Of a DNA stretch of 64,000 nucleotides, positions 28,022 to 38,773 are shown piece by piece. Source of the DNA: an uncultured delta proteobacterium (GTDB lineage Bacteria; Desulfobacterota; Desulfobacteria; Desulfobacterales; UBA2156); NCBI GenBank assembly GCA_963736855.1, contig CAVTQK010000015.1:416001-480000 (forward strand), given 5' to 3'. Every line of letters begins with the position of its first letter. Position 1 is the first letter of the stretch. The notes beneath the pieces were generated by a model. It saw only the letters and a list, made by a program, of their open reading frames with translations. It did no database searches and was not told where the DNA came from. The position numbers and the translations under genes are program-made.

Positions 28022-29173
28022 TCACGGTTTCCGCATTGCTTTTTCGACATGGTTCCGGACCCAATCGGAAAACTCCGCCCCATCGCTTTTCAGGAATTGC
28101 AGCCTGATGCCGAGCACCATCAAGGGGATATCGGTCGGAACCCTTCCGCGGATGCGGGCATAATCCTTTTCCGTAGTTGCGACAAAAAATGCACCTTTTT
28201 TCCGGCCCTCTCGCCAGATGGATTCCAGCTCCTTTTGTGTATAGGGATGGTGGTCCGGAAATCTAAAAAAATTTACTATATCATAGTGTTGGGTCTTGAG
28301 GGAATGTCGAAAATCGTCGTTTTGAGCGATCCCGGAAAAGGCGATACCCCGTTTTTCCGACAAGGAATCGACATCTTCCGCCTTTGGGTTGTCCCCCTTT
28401 ATCCGATAAACCATGGGATAATGGGCGGCATAAAAGAACGGCTTTTTATTAAAGGCCTCCCGATCCAGGAAACGGGGAGGATTCATTGCAGATGCCGAGC
28501 CGGGGTCGCACCGGGTAAAAATAAAACCATCGGCCATTAAGAGTGCTGAAATCGGTTCCCGGAGGGTTCCTCTGGGTAGAAGGTGTCCGTTTCCCACAGG
28601 ATACCGATGGTCCAAAAGCACCAGATTCAGGTCTCTTTCGAGGGCCAGGTGCTGAAATCCATCGTCTAAAATCAAGACATTGGATCGATACTGTTGGACA
28701 GCCAGGGTCCCGGATGCAAACCGGTTCGACCCCACAAGGACCGGAATCTCCTCAAGTTGTTCAGCCAGCATGAAGGGTTCATCCCCGGCATCGTCGGGCG
28801 TCATGAAGACAGTGTTTCCGTCGCTGACCACTCCGCCGCATTTCTGGGCTTTTCCCTTGTATCCCCGGCTCAGGACCGCCGCCCGATAACCCATTTCCTT
28901 GAGCAGGTTAGCCAGATAGGCCACCATAGGGGTCTTTCCCGTTCCTCCCACCGTCAGGTTCCCGACGGAGATCACCGGGCAGGGGAGTCTTTTGGCTTTC
29001 AGGATTCTGTTTTGGTAAAGCGTCCGCCTCAGTTTTGCAGCACCACCGTAAACGAAGGAGGCCCAAACAAAAGCCTCTAAAGCCCAACGGTGCGGGCCTG
29101 TTTCGGGATCCTGCAGGGTCCAAAGAACCCATTTTTGACTCTTTGAAAGGATTTTAGAAAGATTCAGAATCAC
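28022..29173 (-). CDS. lpxK: Tetraacyldisaccharide 4'-kinase
   Basis: SVGNLTVGGTGKTP, SRGY, GDEP, LDDGFQH, FPDHH, TTEKD. Confidence 0.97.
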   Translation of the reverse strand: MILNLSKILSKSQKWVLWTLQDPETGPHRWALEAFVWASFVYGGAAKLRRTLYQNRILKAKRLPCPVISVGNLTVGGTGKTPMVAYLANLLKEMGYRAAVLSRGYKGKAQKCGGVVSDGNTVFMTPDDAGDEPFMLAEQLEEIPVLVGSNRFASGTLAVQQYRSNVLILDDGFQHLALERDLNLVLLDHRYPVGNGHLLPRGTLREPISALLMADGFIFTRCDPGSASAMNPPRFLDREAFNKKPFFYAAHYPMVYRIKGDNPKAEDVDSLSEKRGIAFSGIAQNDDFRHSLKTQHYDIVNFFRFPDHHPYTQKELESIWREGRKKGAFFVATTEKDYARIRGRVPTDIPLMVLGIRLQFLKSDGAEFSDWVRNHVEKAMRKP

Positions 29174-30564
29174 GATCTGCCTTCCGTTGGTTTGGAGGCC
29201 GAGCCCGTTATGATAACACCGCTGTCATCCTCACTCACCCCATTCCCGCCCGTAAGGTGCGCGGCCACCACTCTCAAGATCTTTTCCACAGCTCCCCTTC
29301 CTTCAGAAGCTACCCGGTAAGCGGCCAGACCCATCGCCTCGGCAGTTTTCGGGTCCTTCATCAACCGGAGCATCACGGCAGCCAATGATTCCGAGTCTGG
29401 AACACAAACGGCGGCACCTGCTTTCAGGAGTGCGTCGGCGATCGACGCAAAGTCGCTCATGTCCGGACCAAACAGGATCGGCTTGCCCCGCGCAGCTGGT
29501 TCCAGGGGGTTATGCCCTCCTTCTCTGACCAGGCTCCCACCCACAAAGACCATATCCGCGGCAGCATAAAGATTTGTTAAAACACCCAGCCGGTCCACAA
29601 CCAGGCAAACCGGGCTTTTGGATCTTTTGCCGTCCGGTTCGCTGAGCAAAAACGCCTTGAGACTCAGGGATTCAGCCATACGGCAGACAGCACCCGCCCG
29701 TTGGGGATCCCTGGGCGCCAAGACGATTCCTGCATCCGGGATAGATTCCCGGATTCTTAAAAATGCATGAAAGATCTTCTCTTCTTCTCCTTTGTGGGTG
29801 CTTCCGGCCACCAGGATTTTTTGGCTTACGTCAAATCCGAGATCCTGTTTCAGAGTCCCCGCCTCCAAAGGCATTGCCAACACAGCCGAATGTTCATACT
29901 TGAGGTTTCCCGTGATCTGAATCCGGCTTTCCGGAACCCCCAGGCGGGTGAAGCGACGAGCATCCTCCACGGTGGGCGCGCATACTCCGGAAAGCGCACC
30001 AAAGAGCATTCGGGTCACGGATTGAAATTGCCGGTATCGGGCATACGATTTCCTGGAGATCCGGGCATTGATCAGGACGAGGGGGATCTTTCTTTTTCGC
30101 AAGGAAAAAATGAAATTGGGCCACAGGTCGGTTTCAAGGATTAAAACAATGGCCGGATCGACTCGCTTGATAACGGATCGGACGCAAGGCCACCCGTCAA
30201 AGGGAAAGAAAAAAACCGGCTTTTGAATCCCGTCGACGAGCTGGCCGGCCAGCTCGAATCCGCTGAAGGTGCTTACCGACAACACGACGGGACGATCCGA
30301 AAAACGGCCCTTGAAGGCCTGGATCAGGGGGATCGCCGCCATCACCTCCCCCACCGACAAGGCGTGTACCCAGACAGGTCGGCGCTTATAGCGGGCTGCA
30401 CAACTTGGAATTGCCGTGAAACCCATACGCCTGAAAACCGTTTTTCGGCGTTTTTGAGAAAGCATCCCCATGGGGAGGATGAAGGGCATCACAAGGATCA
30501 CACCCAGGGCCATCGCCAGGTTATATCCCCAAAGCATCAATGTCGGGATTTTTTTAATCAGCAT
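29170..30564 (-). CDS. waaA: Kdo transferase
   Basis: WVHALSVGE, ETDLWPN, GNLKY, AGSTH, GGHNPLEPA. Confidence 0.96.
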   Translation of the reverse strand: MLIKKIPTLMLWGYNLAMALGVILVMPFILPMGMLSQKRRKTVFRRMGFTAIPSCAARYKRRPVWVHALSVGEVMAAIPLIQAFKGRFSDRPVVLSVSTFSGFELAGQLVDGIQKPVFFFPFDGWPCVRSVIKRVDPAIVLILETDLWPNFIFSLRKRKIPLVLINARISRKSYARYRQFQSVTRMLFGALSGVCAPTVEDARRFTRLGVPESRIQITGNLKYEHSAVLAMPLEAGTLKQDLGFDVSQKILVAGSTHKGEEEKIFHAFLRIRESIPDAGIVLAPRDPQRAGAVCRMAESLSLKAFLLSEPDGKRSKSPVCLVVDRLGVLTNLYAAADMVFVGGSLVREGGHNPLEPAARGKPILFGPDMSDFASIADALLKAGAAVCVPDSESLAAVMLRLMKDPKTAEAMGLAAYRVASEGRGAVEKILRVVAAHLTGGNGVSEDDSGVIITGSASKPTEGRS

Positions 30565-31630
30565 GCATCAGGTTGACGGCGGCAAAACACGCAAAGACGA
30601 AATTTGCCACCCATGGCGCAATCGCCACGGGAAGCATCTCACCATACCCCAGTGACAGACAGAAGCTATAAAAGATCCAATAAATAAAGGCTGCTCCGAT
30701 GCCACAAGCGATCCCCATGGGCATGGCCTCTTTCACCGACCGTTTGAGCGCAATGCCCAGACCCAATAGACTCATGATCACACAAACAAAAGGGAAGGCG
30801 ATCTTGGCGTGAAGATCCACTCGATATAGGGTCGCGTCATACCCTTCCATCTCCACCTTCCGAACGTACTCGTGCAGTTCGACCAGGTTCATTTCTTCCG
30901 ATTTCTTCACGACCCTCTGAAGATCTTCGGGAAGAAGGTCCAGGGTTTCCTCTTTAAGGTCGAATCCGATGGTTTGGTATCTATTGGTCTTTGAATCGAA
31001 CACTTGCTCCATTCCGTCTAATAATATCCACTTACCATTCTGGTAGTATCCCTCCTCGGCGTCGACCCGGTGCACTAGTTGAAAATTCGGGCCAAATCCA
31101 TGCAGGGTGATCCCGTGAAAGGTCTTCCGGGCCGGGTCGTAATACCGGATATGAGTGATGTACCGATTGCTCTTGATCCAGATATTTTTCTCCCGGGAAG
31201 TCATGGCCGATTCCTTCCGGACCTCAACGAGCCATATTTGATTGGCCCTTGTCATACTCATGGGGATTCCGATTTCAGAGATTAAAAACAGCAGAACCGA
31301 AAATCCGAAACCCGATAACAGGACTGGAAACAAGAGCCCATTGACCCCGATTCCACTTCCTTTCAAGGCAATCCACTCGTTGTTCTTGTTCATGAGTCCG
31401 AAGGTGATCAGGGTCGAAAGCAGAACCCCGACCGGGATGATTTGACCCAGGATAAACGGAATCTTTAGAAGAAAATAGATGCCGGCCCGCGACAGCGGCA
31501 ATCCCGCCTCGATGAAATCATCGATTTTTTCGAAAAAATCGACGGCGAGATAGATGCCCACGACCATCGCCAGGACCATCATGAAAAACCGCAGGATCTC
31601 TTTGAGAATGTATCGATGTAAAATCGACAT
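30554..31630 (-). CDS. lptG: LPS export ABC transporter permease LptG
   Basis: ILHRYI, NEWIALKGSG, 3+3 TM with periplasmic domain; adjacent to lptF. Confidence 0.93.
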   Translation of the reverse strand: MSILHRYILKEILRFFMMVLAMVVGIYLAVDFFEKIDDFIEAGLPLSRAGIYFLLKIPFILGQIIPVGVLLSTLITFGLMNKNNEWIALKGSGIGVNGLLFPVLLSGFGFSVLLFLISEIGIPMSMTRANQIWLVEVRKESAMTSREKNIWIKSNRYITHIRYYDPARKTFHGITLHGFGPNFQLVHRVDAEEGYYQNGKWILLDGMEQVFDSKTNRYQTIGFDLKEETLDLLPEDLQRVVKKSEEMNLVELHEYVRKVEMEGYDATLYRVDLHAKIAFPFVCVIMSLLGLGIALKRSVKEAMPMGIACGIGAAFIYWIFYSFCLSLGYGEMLPVAIAPWVANFVFACFAAVNLMHAD

Positions 31631-31641
31631 GGCATGGACGC

Positions 31642-32823
31642 TTATTTCGGTTTCTTCATAAAACGAGCTTTCACCCTTGCGAATGCGAACCGGATCTCAT
31701 CGATTCCCACCGTCCGTTCTCTGGCCGAGCGAATGAGCAGAAAAATCCCGATCCCTCCGAAAACGATATTAGGCGCCCACATCCCGATAGCCGGAGGATA
31801 GGCTCCGGTCTCCCCAAAGACCCAACCCATCGATAACATAAGATAATACGCTAAAAAGAAAATTAGTCCTAAAAGGATGCCGAACGATCGTTTTGCGGAC
31901 TTGGAATGGATGCCCAGGGGCACCCCCAGTATCCCCAGCGCAAAACAAGCGGCCGGTATGGAAAATTTTTTATGATACTCCATCAGGGTCAGATAATACT
32001 GGGAATCCCTTTCTTTTACGGTATTCACATAGTTTTTAAGCTCTGACAGGCTCATTTCCTCCTCGTCTTTGGGTGCGTCCGAAACCGCCGCAGCAGACTC
32101 CTTCAGACTGAGGTTGATGTCATAGACTTCAAACCGAATGGTGTTTACGGATCGATCTTTCAGGTTCACCTGGTTGATGGTCCCGTTGAATAGACGCAGG
32201 TGGACGGCGGATTGTTCGGGATCGCCGAGGAGTTTCCCTTCCGGGGCCAACACCGTCGAGACGATGTCCATTTTCCGCTGATCCTCGATGAATACATCCA
32301 CCAACCGTTGCCGCTTAGTATCGGTCTGGTTGACGTACAACATCACCCCTTTAAAACTCTCGTTGAAAGTCCTTTCCTTGATGGCGATATCGGCATTGGA
32401 AGAAGCGATCTGCATTGCCAGGGCCTTAAAGGAAAGCCGCCCCCAAGGCAAACCATAGATGGCCATGAAAGCGGTCAGAAGGCTTCCCATGAAGCAAAAC
32501 AGTAAAACCGGGGGAAGAAGGCTGTAAATGCTGATTCCACCGGCTTTCAGGGCGATAATTTCGTTTTCACTCGACAGCCGCAGGAATGTCAGAAGCACCG
32601 CCATCATAACGGACATGGGGATAACGAAAATTAGAAAAAAGGGCATAGCATATACCAGCATCCAAAAAACCGTCGACACGCCAACTCTGTGGTTGACGAT
32701 GAAGGTGGTGATCTGAAGGATTTGGGTCATTAAAAAGATGAAGGTTAAGAATACCACGTTGATGGAAAACGGGGTCAGCATCAGGCTGAACAGATACCGA
32801 TCGATGATGCGGTAGTATTTCAT
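31642..32823 (-). CDS. lptF: LPS export ABC transporter permease LptF
   Basis: IIDRYL, RLSSENEIIALKAGGIS, EYHKKFSIP, WAPN. Confidence 0.93.
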   Translation of the reverse strand: MKYYRIIDRYLFSLMLTPFSINVVFLTFIFLMTQILQITTFIVNHRVGVSTVFWMLVYAMPFFLIFVIPMSVMMAVLLTFLRLSSENEIIALKAGGISIYSLLPPVLLFCFMGSLLTAFMAIYGLPWGRLSFKALAMQIASSNADIAIKERTFNESFKGVMLYVNQTDTKRQRLVDVFIEDQRKMDIVSTVLAPEGKLLGDPEQSAVHLRLFNGTINQVNLKDRSVNTIRFEVYDINLSLKESAAAVSDAPKDEEEMSLSELKNYVNTVKERDSQYYLTLMEYHKKFSIPAACFALGILGVPLGIHSKSAKRSFGILLGLIFFLAYYLMLSMGWVFGETGAYPPAIGMWAPNIVFGGIGIFLLIRSARERTVGIDEIRFAFARVKARFMKKPK

Positions 32824-32871
32824 TTCCTTCTATTCGGTCAACTGGGTCTGTATGATTTGTTTGGCTTTAAG

Positions 32872-32980
32872 GTGCCTGCGGTTCAAGGGTCCGTGGGTTT
32901 AATTAAATAACGGACTGATTTTCGCGATTCCCTTGACCCCCGAAACCCTGACCCCCGGGTCCTTCGGGTACCGGTACCCG
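32872..32980. repeat. Degenerate 8-mer arrays in inverted orientation plus a 16-bp palindrome
   Basis: GGTTCAAG GGTCCGTG GGTTTAAT ... CCTTGACC CCCGAAAC CCTGACC CCCGGGTC; CGGGTACCGGTACCCG at 32965-32980. Confidence 0.5.
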
Positions 32981-32996
32981 ATATTTAAAATAAATC

Positions 32997-33025
32997 ATGT
33001 TATTTCAAATCTCAAAAGATGTCAA
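32997..33025 (-). promoter_or_regulatory. Sigma-70 promoter of the lptF operon
   Basis: TTGACA-17 bp-TAACAT. Confidence 0.7.
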
Positions 33026-33111
33026 TATTTTACCCTGCACCGGATCCTGGAAAAATGCTGTAATTCGGGTACTGTCTTGACTTTCCGATCGCCTCCCGTT
33101 AGTGCATCGTC

Positions 33112-34677
33112 ATGAAAATGTTCTCACAAGATCGATATTGGCTCTTGGCCGTAATTTGGATCGGCTTTTTTTCGGTGTTGCGCCTCTGGGTAGCCGGCAA
33201 GTTTCCGCTGGTTCCTGACGAAACCAACTACTGGCAATGGAGCCGCTATCTGGCCTGGGGGTATTACGACCAGGCACCCATGATCGCCTGGGCGATCGGG
33301 TTGTGTACGGCATGGTTCGGACATACCGAAACAGCGGTCCGCCTCCCCTCGATCCTTGCCATGGCCGTTGCATCCGTCTACCTGGTCCGGGTGGCCCATC
33401 GTTGGGCAGGATCGGCTGCTGCGTGGCATACGGCACTTTTGACCCAGGGTGTTCTTCTATTTAATGTCGGTAGCCTCTTGGCCACGCCGGACGCCCTTCA
33501 GGCCGCAGCTTGGGCAGGTGCGAGCTATCACACGGCGAGGGCCCTGGAAAACGATCGAGGGTTTCAATGGCTGACGGCCGGTTTCTGGCTCGGGTTTGGA
33601 ATGCTCAGCAAGTACACCATGATTCTCTTTCCGGTCTCCGTCTTTTTCTTTATGCTGCTGCATCGGTCGTTTCGTATCAAGCTTGCGGGTATCGGGCCGT
33701 GGGCTGCCGTCCTTTTCGGACTGATCCTGTTTACGCCCGTGATTTACTGGAATGCCGAAAACCAGTGGAATTCTGTCCGCCACATAGCCCACATCGGTGG
33801 GGCAGACAATCCTTTCTTGTTGCATACCCGGTTCCTTATCGAATTCTTAGGGACCCAGATAGGGCTGTTGACTCCCCTGGTGTTTATTTTAGTCCTTTTG
33901 GCCTGGGTACATGCATTCAAAGAGACCGGCGACAGATCGTGGATCTACCGATACCTCTTTTTCACTTCTTTTTTCATGATCATCGGATTTTTTTTGTTAA
34001 GCCTGCATACCCGTGTATATGGGAACTGGTCGGGGGCGGGGTACCTGACAGGAGCCGTTCTCGCCGCCATTTTTTTCGGCGGCAATAATAGGACGGACGG
34101 CCGTGTCCGGATGAAATCCGCCGGACGATGGGTCTGGCCATGGGCCGTCGGCTCTGCCTATCTCATCAGCAGTCTGGTAGTCCTGCACGCGGTATATCCC
34201 TTTCTTCCGATTCCGCCGCAATGGGACCGGATCAGTTCGGAAGTTTACGGATGGCCGGAACTGGGAGCCAAAGCCCATGCCATGCAGGCTGAAATGCCGA
34301 ACCCGGATCGAACCTTCCTTTTCGGCCTGCATTACCAAGTGGCCAGCGAACTGGCCTTTTACACCCCCGGTAATCCGAAAACCGTCTCCATCAATCGGTG
34401 GGGGCGGCCCAATGTTTACGACTTTTGGTGGAAAGACAAAAACCTGAAGGAAAAAGATGCCATCGGGGTCACTTATGATCCAACGAGTCACACCCGCCAA
34501 CTGTCGAAGGTTTTTAAGCGGGTGGATCCACCGGAAAAACTTGAAATTGCCGCCCCGAAGCATTTGTCAAAATTTAATACTCCCCTAAAAGTTTTTTACC
34601 TCTACCGTTGCTATGGATTTAAAAAGGGGCTCCGATGGGTCCCGCCCCGAGGTTCAGACATCCGGAAAAGTGAGTGA
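33112..34677 (+). CDS. ArnT/RgtA-D-like GT-C glycosyltransferase
   Basis: PDETNYWQWS..LAWGYYDQAP, AVRLP, TPD, LSKYT, WNA; polytopic. Confidence 0.9.
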   Translation: MKMFSQDRYWLLAVIWIGFFSVLRLWVAGKFPLVPDETNYWQWSRYLAWGYYDQAPMIAWAIGLCTAWFGHTETAVRLPSILAMAVASVYLVRVAHRWAGSAAAWHTALLTQGVLLFNVGSLLATPDALQAAAWAGASYHTARALENDRGFQWLTAGFWLGFGMLSKYTMILFPVSVFFFMLLHRSFRIKLAGIGPWAAVLFGLILFTPVIYWNAENQWNSVRHIAHIGGADNPFLLHTRFLIEFLGTQIGLLTPLVFILVLLAWVHAFKETGDRSWIYRYLFFTSFFMIIGFFLLSLHTRVYGNWSGAGYLTGAVLAAIFFGGNNRTDGRVRMKSAGRWVWPWAVGSAYLISSLVVLHAVYPFLPIPPQWDRISSEVYGWPELGAKAHAMQAEMPNPDRTFLFGLHYQVASELAFYTPGNPKTVSINRWGRPNVYDFWWKDKNLKEKDAIGVTYDPTSHTRQLSKVFKRVDPPEKLEIAAPKHLSKFNTPLKVFYLYRCYGFKKGLRWVPPRGSDIRKSE

Positions 34678-34729
34678 ACCGAAACCGAGAATACATCCCG
34701 AGTCCCTCCAGATTGGGACCATGGGATCT

Positions 34730-35449
34730 TCAATCGATTCGGTGGAGTCTTTTGATTTTAAATAATTCCTGAAAAATGAAAAGGGATTTTTTGATGCTGT
34801 CATACTGGATCCGGGAATCCCCGATATGGCTCCAGTTCACCGGAAACTCCCCCGTACGGAAACCCATCCCTTTGGCCAGCCAAAGGATTTCCGGATCAAA
34901 GATGACGCTTGAAAGCTTTTGTCGATAAAAAAGGGCCTTGGCGGCCGGACGAATGAACATCTTGAATCCACACTGGGTATCCCGATAGGAAATGCCCAAG
35001 TAACGATTCTGGATCATCGTGTAGATTCTGGCCGAAAACTCCCTGGCCAAATTCTGATGAGCCAATACGTGGGATCCGCCCAGGGACCGGGATCCGATGG
35101 CGATGTCGTACCCCTTCCGAAGAAGTAACCATCCCTTTTCCATCTCTTCAACAGGAACAGAGTAATCCGCGTCCATGAACATGAGGATGTTGCCGCTCCC
35201 TTCCCGCATTCCGGTACGTACGGCATACCCTTTTCCGCGGTTGGGATGGTATTCGATGACTCGAAATCCAACCGAGTGTCCCTGACCCAGCCTTTCCGCA
35301 ACCGCCCGGGTGTCATCCGTGCTCCCATCACTGACAACAATTACCTCGCTTGAATAAGGACGGCGATCTAAGTAGACCAAGGTCTCTTCGAGGGTGGTGA
35401 CAATCCGGTCCTCCTCATTATAAGCCGGGATTATGATGGAGAGGTCCAT
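34730..35449 (-). CDS. Polyprenyl-phosphate sugar synthase (dolichyl-P glucosyltransferase/DPM1-like GT2)
   Basis: IIPAYNEE, DGSTD, NRGKGYAVR, FMDAD, AIGSR, DTQCGFK. Confidence 0.9.
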   Translation of the reverse strand: MDLSIIIPAYNEEDRIVTTLEETLVYLDRRPYSSEVIVVSDGSTDDTRAVAERLGQGHSVGFRVIEYHPNRGKGYAVRTGMREGSGNILMFMDADYSVPVEEMEKGWLLLRKGYDIAIGSRSLGGSHVLAHQNLAREFSARIYTMIQNRYLGISYRDTQCGFKMFIRPAAKALFYRQKLSSVIFDPEILWLAKGMGFRTGEFPVNWSHIGDSRIQYDSIKKSLFIFQELFKIKRLHRID

Positions 35450-35491
35450 AAGCCTTTTCGTATATTCACATCTGAAATTTTGGAATCCGAC

Positions 35492-36220
35492 TCATGCAGG
35501 ATCGTCTGTAGGAGCTTTTAATACTGCTTCCCTATCACCCGTGGCGATAAGCACACTCAAAAGCCATGCAACAAGATAGACCATCATTCCGGCAAAGATC
35601 ACATCGGAAACAAAATGGCTTCCCTGCATGATGCGGACCAGGCCGATCACAAAACCGCAGATCAACGCTAGCCCCATCCATTTTTTCCGGTGATGGTGCG
35701 AAAGGAATGCAAAACCGAAAAGGTAAAAACCCATGGAGGCATGGCCGCTGACAAAGGCACAATTTTGCATGCATTCGTTCGACATGACCCAGGCGGAAGT
35801 AAAGCGCTTCTGGCCCCCGAACTCTTGGACCTGATCCGGTCTGGCCCGACCCCAGTTATCTTTGAACAGGACGTTCACCATCAGCCCGGGCCCGATGGCC
35901 AGAACCAGAATAAGATAGACGATTTTTTTTCGGTCAAACAGGAAAATCGGCTTTCTCCTCACAAGGACGATGAGCAACAGAAGGGGAAGCCCCAAAGCCA
36001 GGAATCCGGAAAAAACTTCCACAAAACGGTAGATCAGGGTGCAAAACAGGAGGTCCTTTAAAAAAAAATGCTTTTCCGGATTATAGAAGAGGCCGCTGAC
36101 ACTCAAATCGATTTCAGGAAATAAAACAACTGCAGTCCCTGCAATCGCAAAAAAACCGAGTACCGCCAGGAATCCACCCGCCCCTTTGACCCTCTGAGCC
36201 CTCTGTTTGGCGTAAGTCAT
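35492..36220 (-). CDS. PAP2 family phosphatase (LpxF/LpxE-like lipid A phosphatase)
   Basis: KDNWGRARP, FVSGH, RIMQGSHFVSD; directly downstream of msbA. Confidence 0.88.
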   Translation of the reverse strand: MTYAKQRAQRVKGAGGFLAVLGFFAIAGTAVVLFPEIDLSVSGLFYNPEKHFFLKDLLFCTLIYRFVEVFSGFLALGLPLLLLIVLVRRKPIFLFDRKKIVYLILVLAIGPGLMVNVLFKDNWGRARPDQVQEFGGQKRFTSAWVMSNECMQNCAFVSGHASMGFYLFGFAFLSHHHRKKWMGLALICGFVIGLVRIMQGSHFVSDVIFAGMMVYLVAWLLSVLIATGDREAVLKAPTDDPA

Positions 36221-36228
36221 CGGCCGTC

Positions 36229-38030
36229 CTATCCTGGAAGAGAGACGGGTGATGAAGCGGTGCTTATGTCCTCCGGCCGGTCCCCGTTGTTGAAAAACTG
36301 CATCTGATACAGTTTGAAGTATTCTCCATTGAGAGCCATGAGGCTCTCATGAGTCCCCTCCTCCACAATTCGGCCGTTGACGATGACAATGATCCGATGC
36401 GCGTAACCGATGGTGGAAAGTCGATGCGCGATGACGAAGGTCGTCCGTCCCCGCATCAGGTTTTCGATGGCCTTTTGAACCAGCATCTCCGACTCCGTAT
36501 CCAGCGAAGATGTGGCCTCATCCAGGATCAAAATCGGGGCATCCTTGAGTAAGGCTCGGGCGATGCAGATCCGTTGCTTTTCGCCGCCGCTGAGCCGCAT
36601 CCCCAGTTCACCGATGCAGGTTGCATACCCTTGAGGGAGCTGGGATATAAACTCGTGGGCGTATGCCGCCCTGGCCGCTTCCTGAATGTCCGCCTCCGAC
36701 GCCCCGGACTTGCCATAGGCGATGTTGTCTCGCACCGATTCGTTAAACAGAATCGATTCCTGGGTCACTATGGCGACCTGTCTTCTTAAAGAAGCCAACT
36801 GCACCTTCCGGATATCGACATCGTCGATGAGGAGCGTCCCTTCCGTGACATCGAAGAACCGTGGGATGAGGTTCACCAGGGTCGTCTTCCCCCCCCGCTC
36901 ATTCCCACAATAGCCAGGATCTCTCCGGTTTTTACTTCCAGGCTGATGCCCTTCAACACCCAATCGGTATCGTATTTAAAAGAAACGTCTCGGAACGAAA
37001 CCGAATGGGGACCCGTGGGTATTTCCGGAGCACCCGGTTCCTCCACAATGTCCGAATCCCGTTCGATGATATCAAAAATCCGGTCGGCCGCCGCAAGGCC
37101 TTCCTGGATGGAATTGTTGAGGCCGCTCAATTTTTTGACAGGGTCATAAAGCATCAGGACGGCGGCCATAAAGGAAAAAAAGGTCCCGGGGCTGGAGGCG
37201 CCCGTGATGACTCGATATCCGCCGTACCCGATGATGAAAGCGATTCCGAGGCCGCCGAGAAACTCCATGATCGGGGAAGAGAGGGAACGGGCGATGACCG
37301 CCTTCATCTCCAGCCCAAACAGCTCTGAAGTCTTTTCAAAAAACCGTCTCTTCTCGTAGCTCTCCATCCCGAATGCCTTTATGATCTTGTTTCCCATAAA
37401 GGTTTCATGCAAAAATGAGTTCAGATTCGCCATGGCTTCCTGACACCCCGTGCTAACCCGCCGAACCCTTTTTCCGAATTCCACGATAGGATAAAAAGCC
37501 ATGGGCAGAATGATCAGAGCGTACAAGGCCAGCTTCCAGTCCCGGTAAAAAATCACCCCGGTCAAACCGATGATGGTGAAGCAGTCCCTGAGCGCACTGG
37601 TAAAAGCCGTGGAGACCATGGATTTGAGGATGTTGACATCGTTGGTGATCCGCGACATGAGGACACCGGTCCGCTCCTTTTGAAAAAAGGATACGGGCAG
37701 GTCCTGGATGTGGACGTACAGACTATCCCGAAGCCTCTTGATGATGCTCTGCCCCACGTGATTCATCAAATATTCCTGGCCGTACTGGCCGAGCCCGCGA
37801 AGGAAATAAATCAGGATGACTACGGCAGGGATGATTTTAAGCATTTTGATATTTTTATTGAAAAAAATATCATCCAAAACCGGTTTGACCAGATACGCCG
37901 AAAAGGCGGTGGAAGCGGCCACCACCAGCATACACCCCATAGCCTCCAACAGCCGAAACCAATGTTCCCGGATGAGCAACAGGACCCGTTTATGGCGGTC
38001 CTTGAAGATGAGCGCGCTGACTTTGCTCAT
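36229..38030 (-). CDS. msbA: Lipid A flippase MsbA, frameshifted in the Walker A G-run at 36889-36896
   Basis: TM domain (SRITNDV) to GMSGG in one frame; GKTTLVNLIPRFFD, LSGGEKQR, LDEATSSLD, AHRLST in the next; G8 where G9 restores the frame. Confidence 0.93.
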
Positions 38031-38064
38031 GATTTTTCGGAAACACAAACCCTGTCTTTGATTG

Positions 38065-38748
38065 TCATTCAATGACGTGTCCGAACCCCCTGTCTGCCTT
38101 GAAGGTGATCCGCCGCAGCTCTTGTTCCAGACGCCCCAGTCTCTCCTGAAGTACAACCGGATCGGCGTCGGTCGGCACGATCACCGGATCTCCATACACA
38201 ACTTTGCAGACGGTAAACGGCAGGGGAAGGATGAACCGGTCCCAGCTTGAAAAAACCTTCATCCTCCGGGCGCTGTAAGTAATCGGGATAACGGGATATC
38301 CGGTTTTTTTAGCCAACAGCACCACCCCGGGCTGAGCCCTGAACCGCGGGCCCTGGGGGCCGTCCGGCACCACCACTCCGGGCCTGGTGGGTTTCTCCTG
38401 AATACGGCGGATCTGCTCGGCCAGTGCCCGACCCCCTTTTTTAGAGGTGGATCCCCGCACCGTGCAGTGACCCTGTCGTTTCAACACCCGGGCCATGTAT
38501 TCTCCATCTCTCGAAGCGCTCACAAGAATCACCCCTCCCCAGCCCTGATACAGATAGCTGATCAACAAAATCCGAGAATGCCAGAAAGCAAATATGAATC
38601 GCCGGGATTCCAGGATGGACCGGACCTTTTCCCGCCCTTCAGATTCAACCTTGGCGGTGGCAAACCAGGCATCTACAAAGGCTTTGCCGATGCTGCCGAT
38701 CAGTTCCCATTTGAACTCTTCCCACTTCATGGCATATTGTTTTTTCAT
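38065..38748 (-). CDS. DUF374 / lysophospholipid acyltransferase family protein
   Basis: FWH, SASRDGE, VRGS, PDGPQGP, SWDRF..PLPF. Confidence 0.9.
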   Translation of the reverse strand: MKKQYAMKWEEFKWELIGSIGKAFVDAWFATAKVESEGREKVRSILESRRFIFAFWHSRILLISYLYQGWGGVILVSASRDGEYMARVLKRQGHCTVRGSTSKKGGRALAEQIRRIQEKPTRPGVVVPDGPQGPRFRAQPGVVLLAKKTGYPVIPITYSARRMKVFSSWDRFILPLPFTVCKVVYGDPVIVPTDADPVVLQERLGRLEQELRRITFKADRGFGHVIE

Positions 38749-38773
38749 GGATAAAACCCCGATGCCGCATCGG

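Noticed and set aside
36229..38156. Two separate genes for a split ABC transporter
   Set aside because: The break falls inside Walker A at a homopolymer; one base restores a normal MsbA
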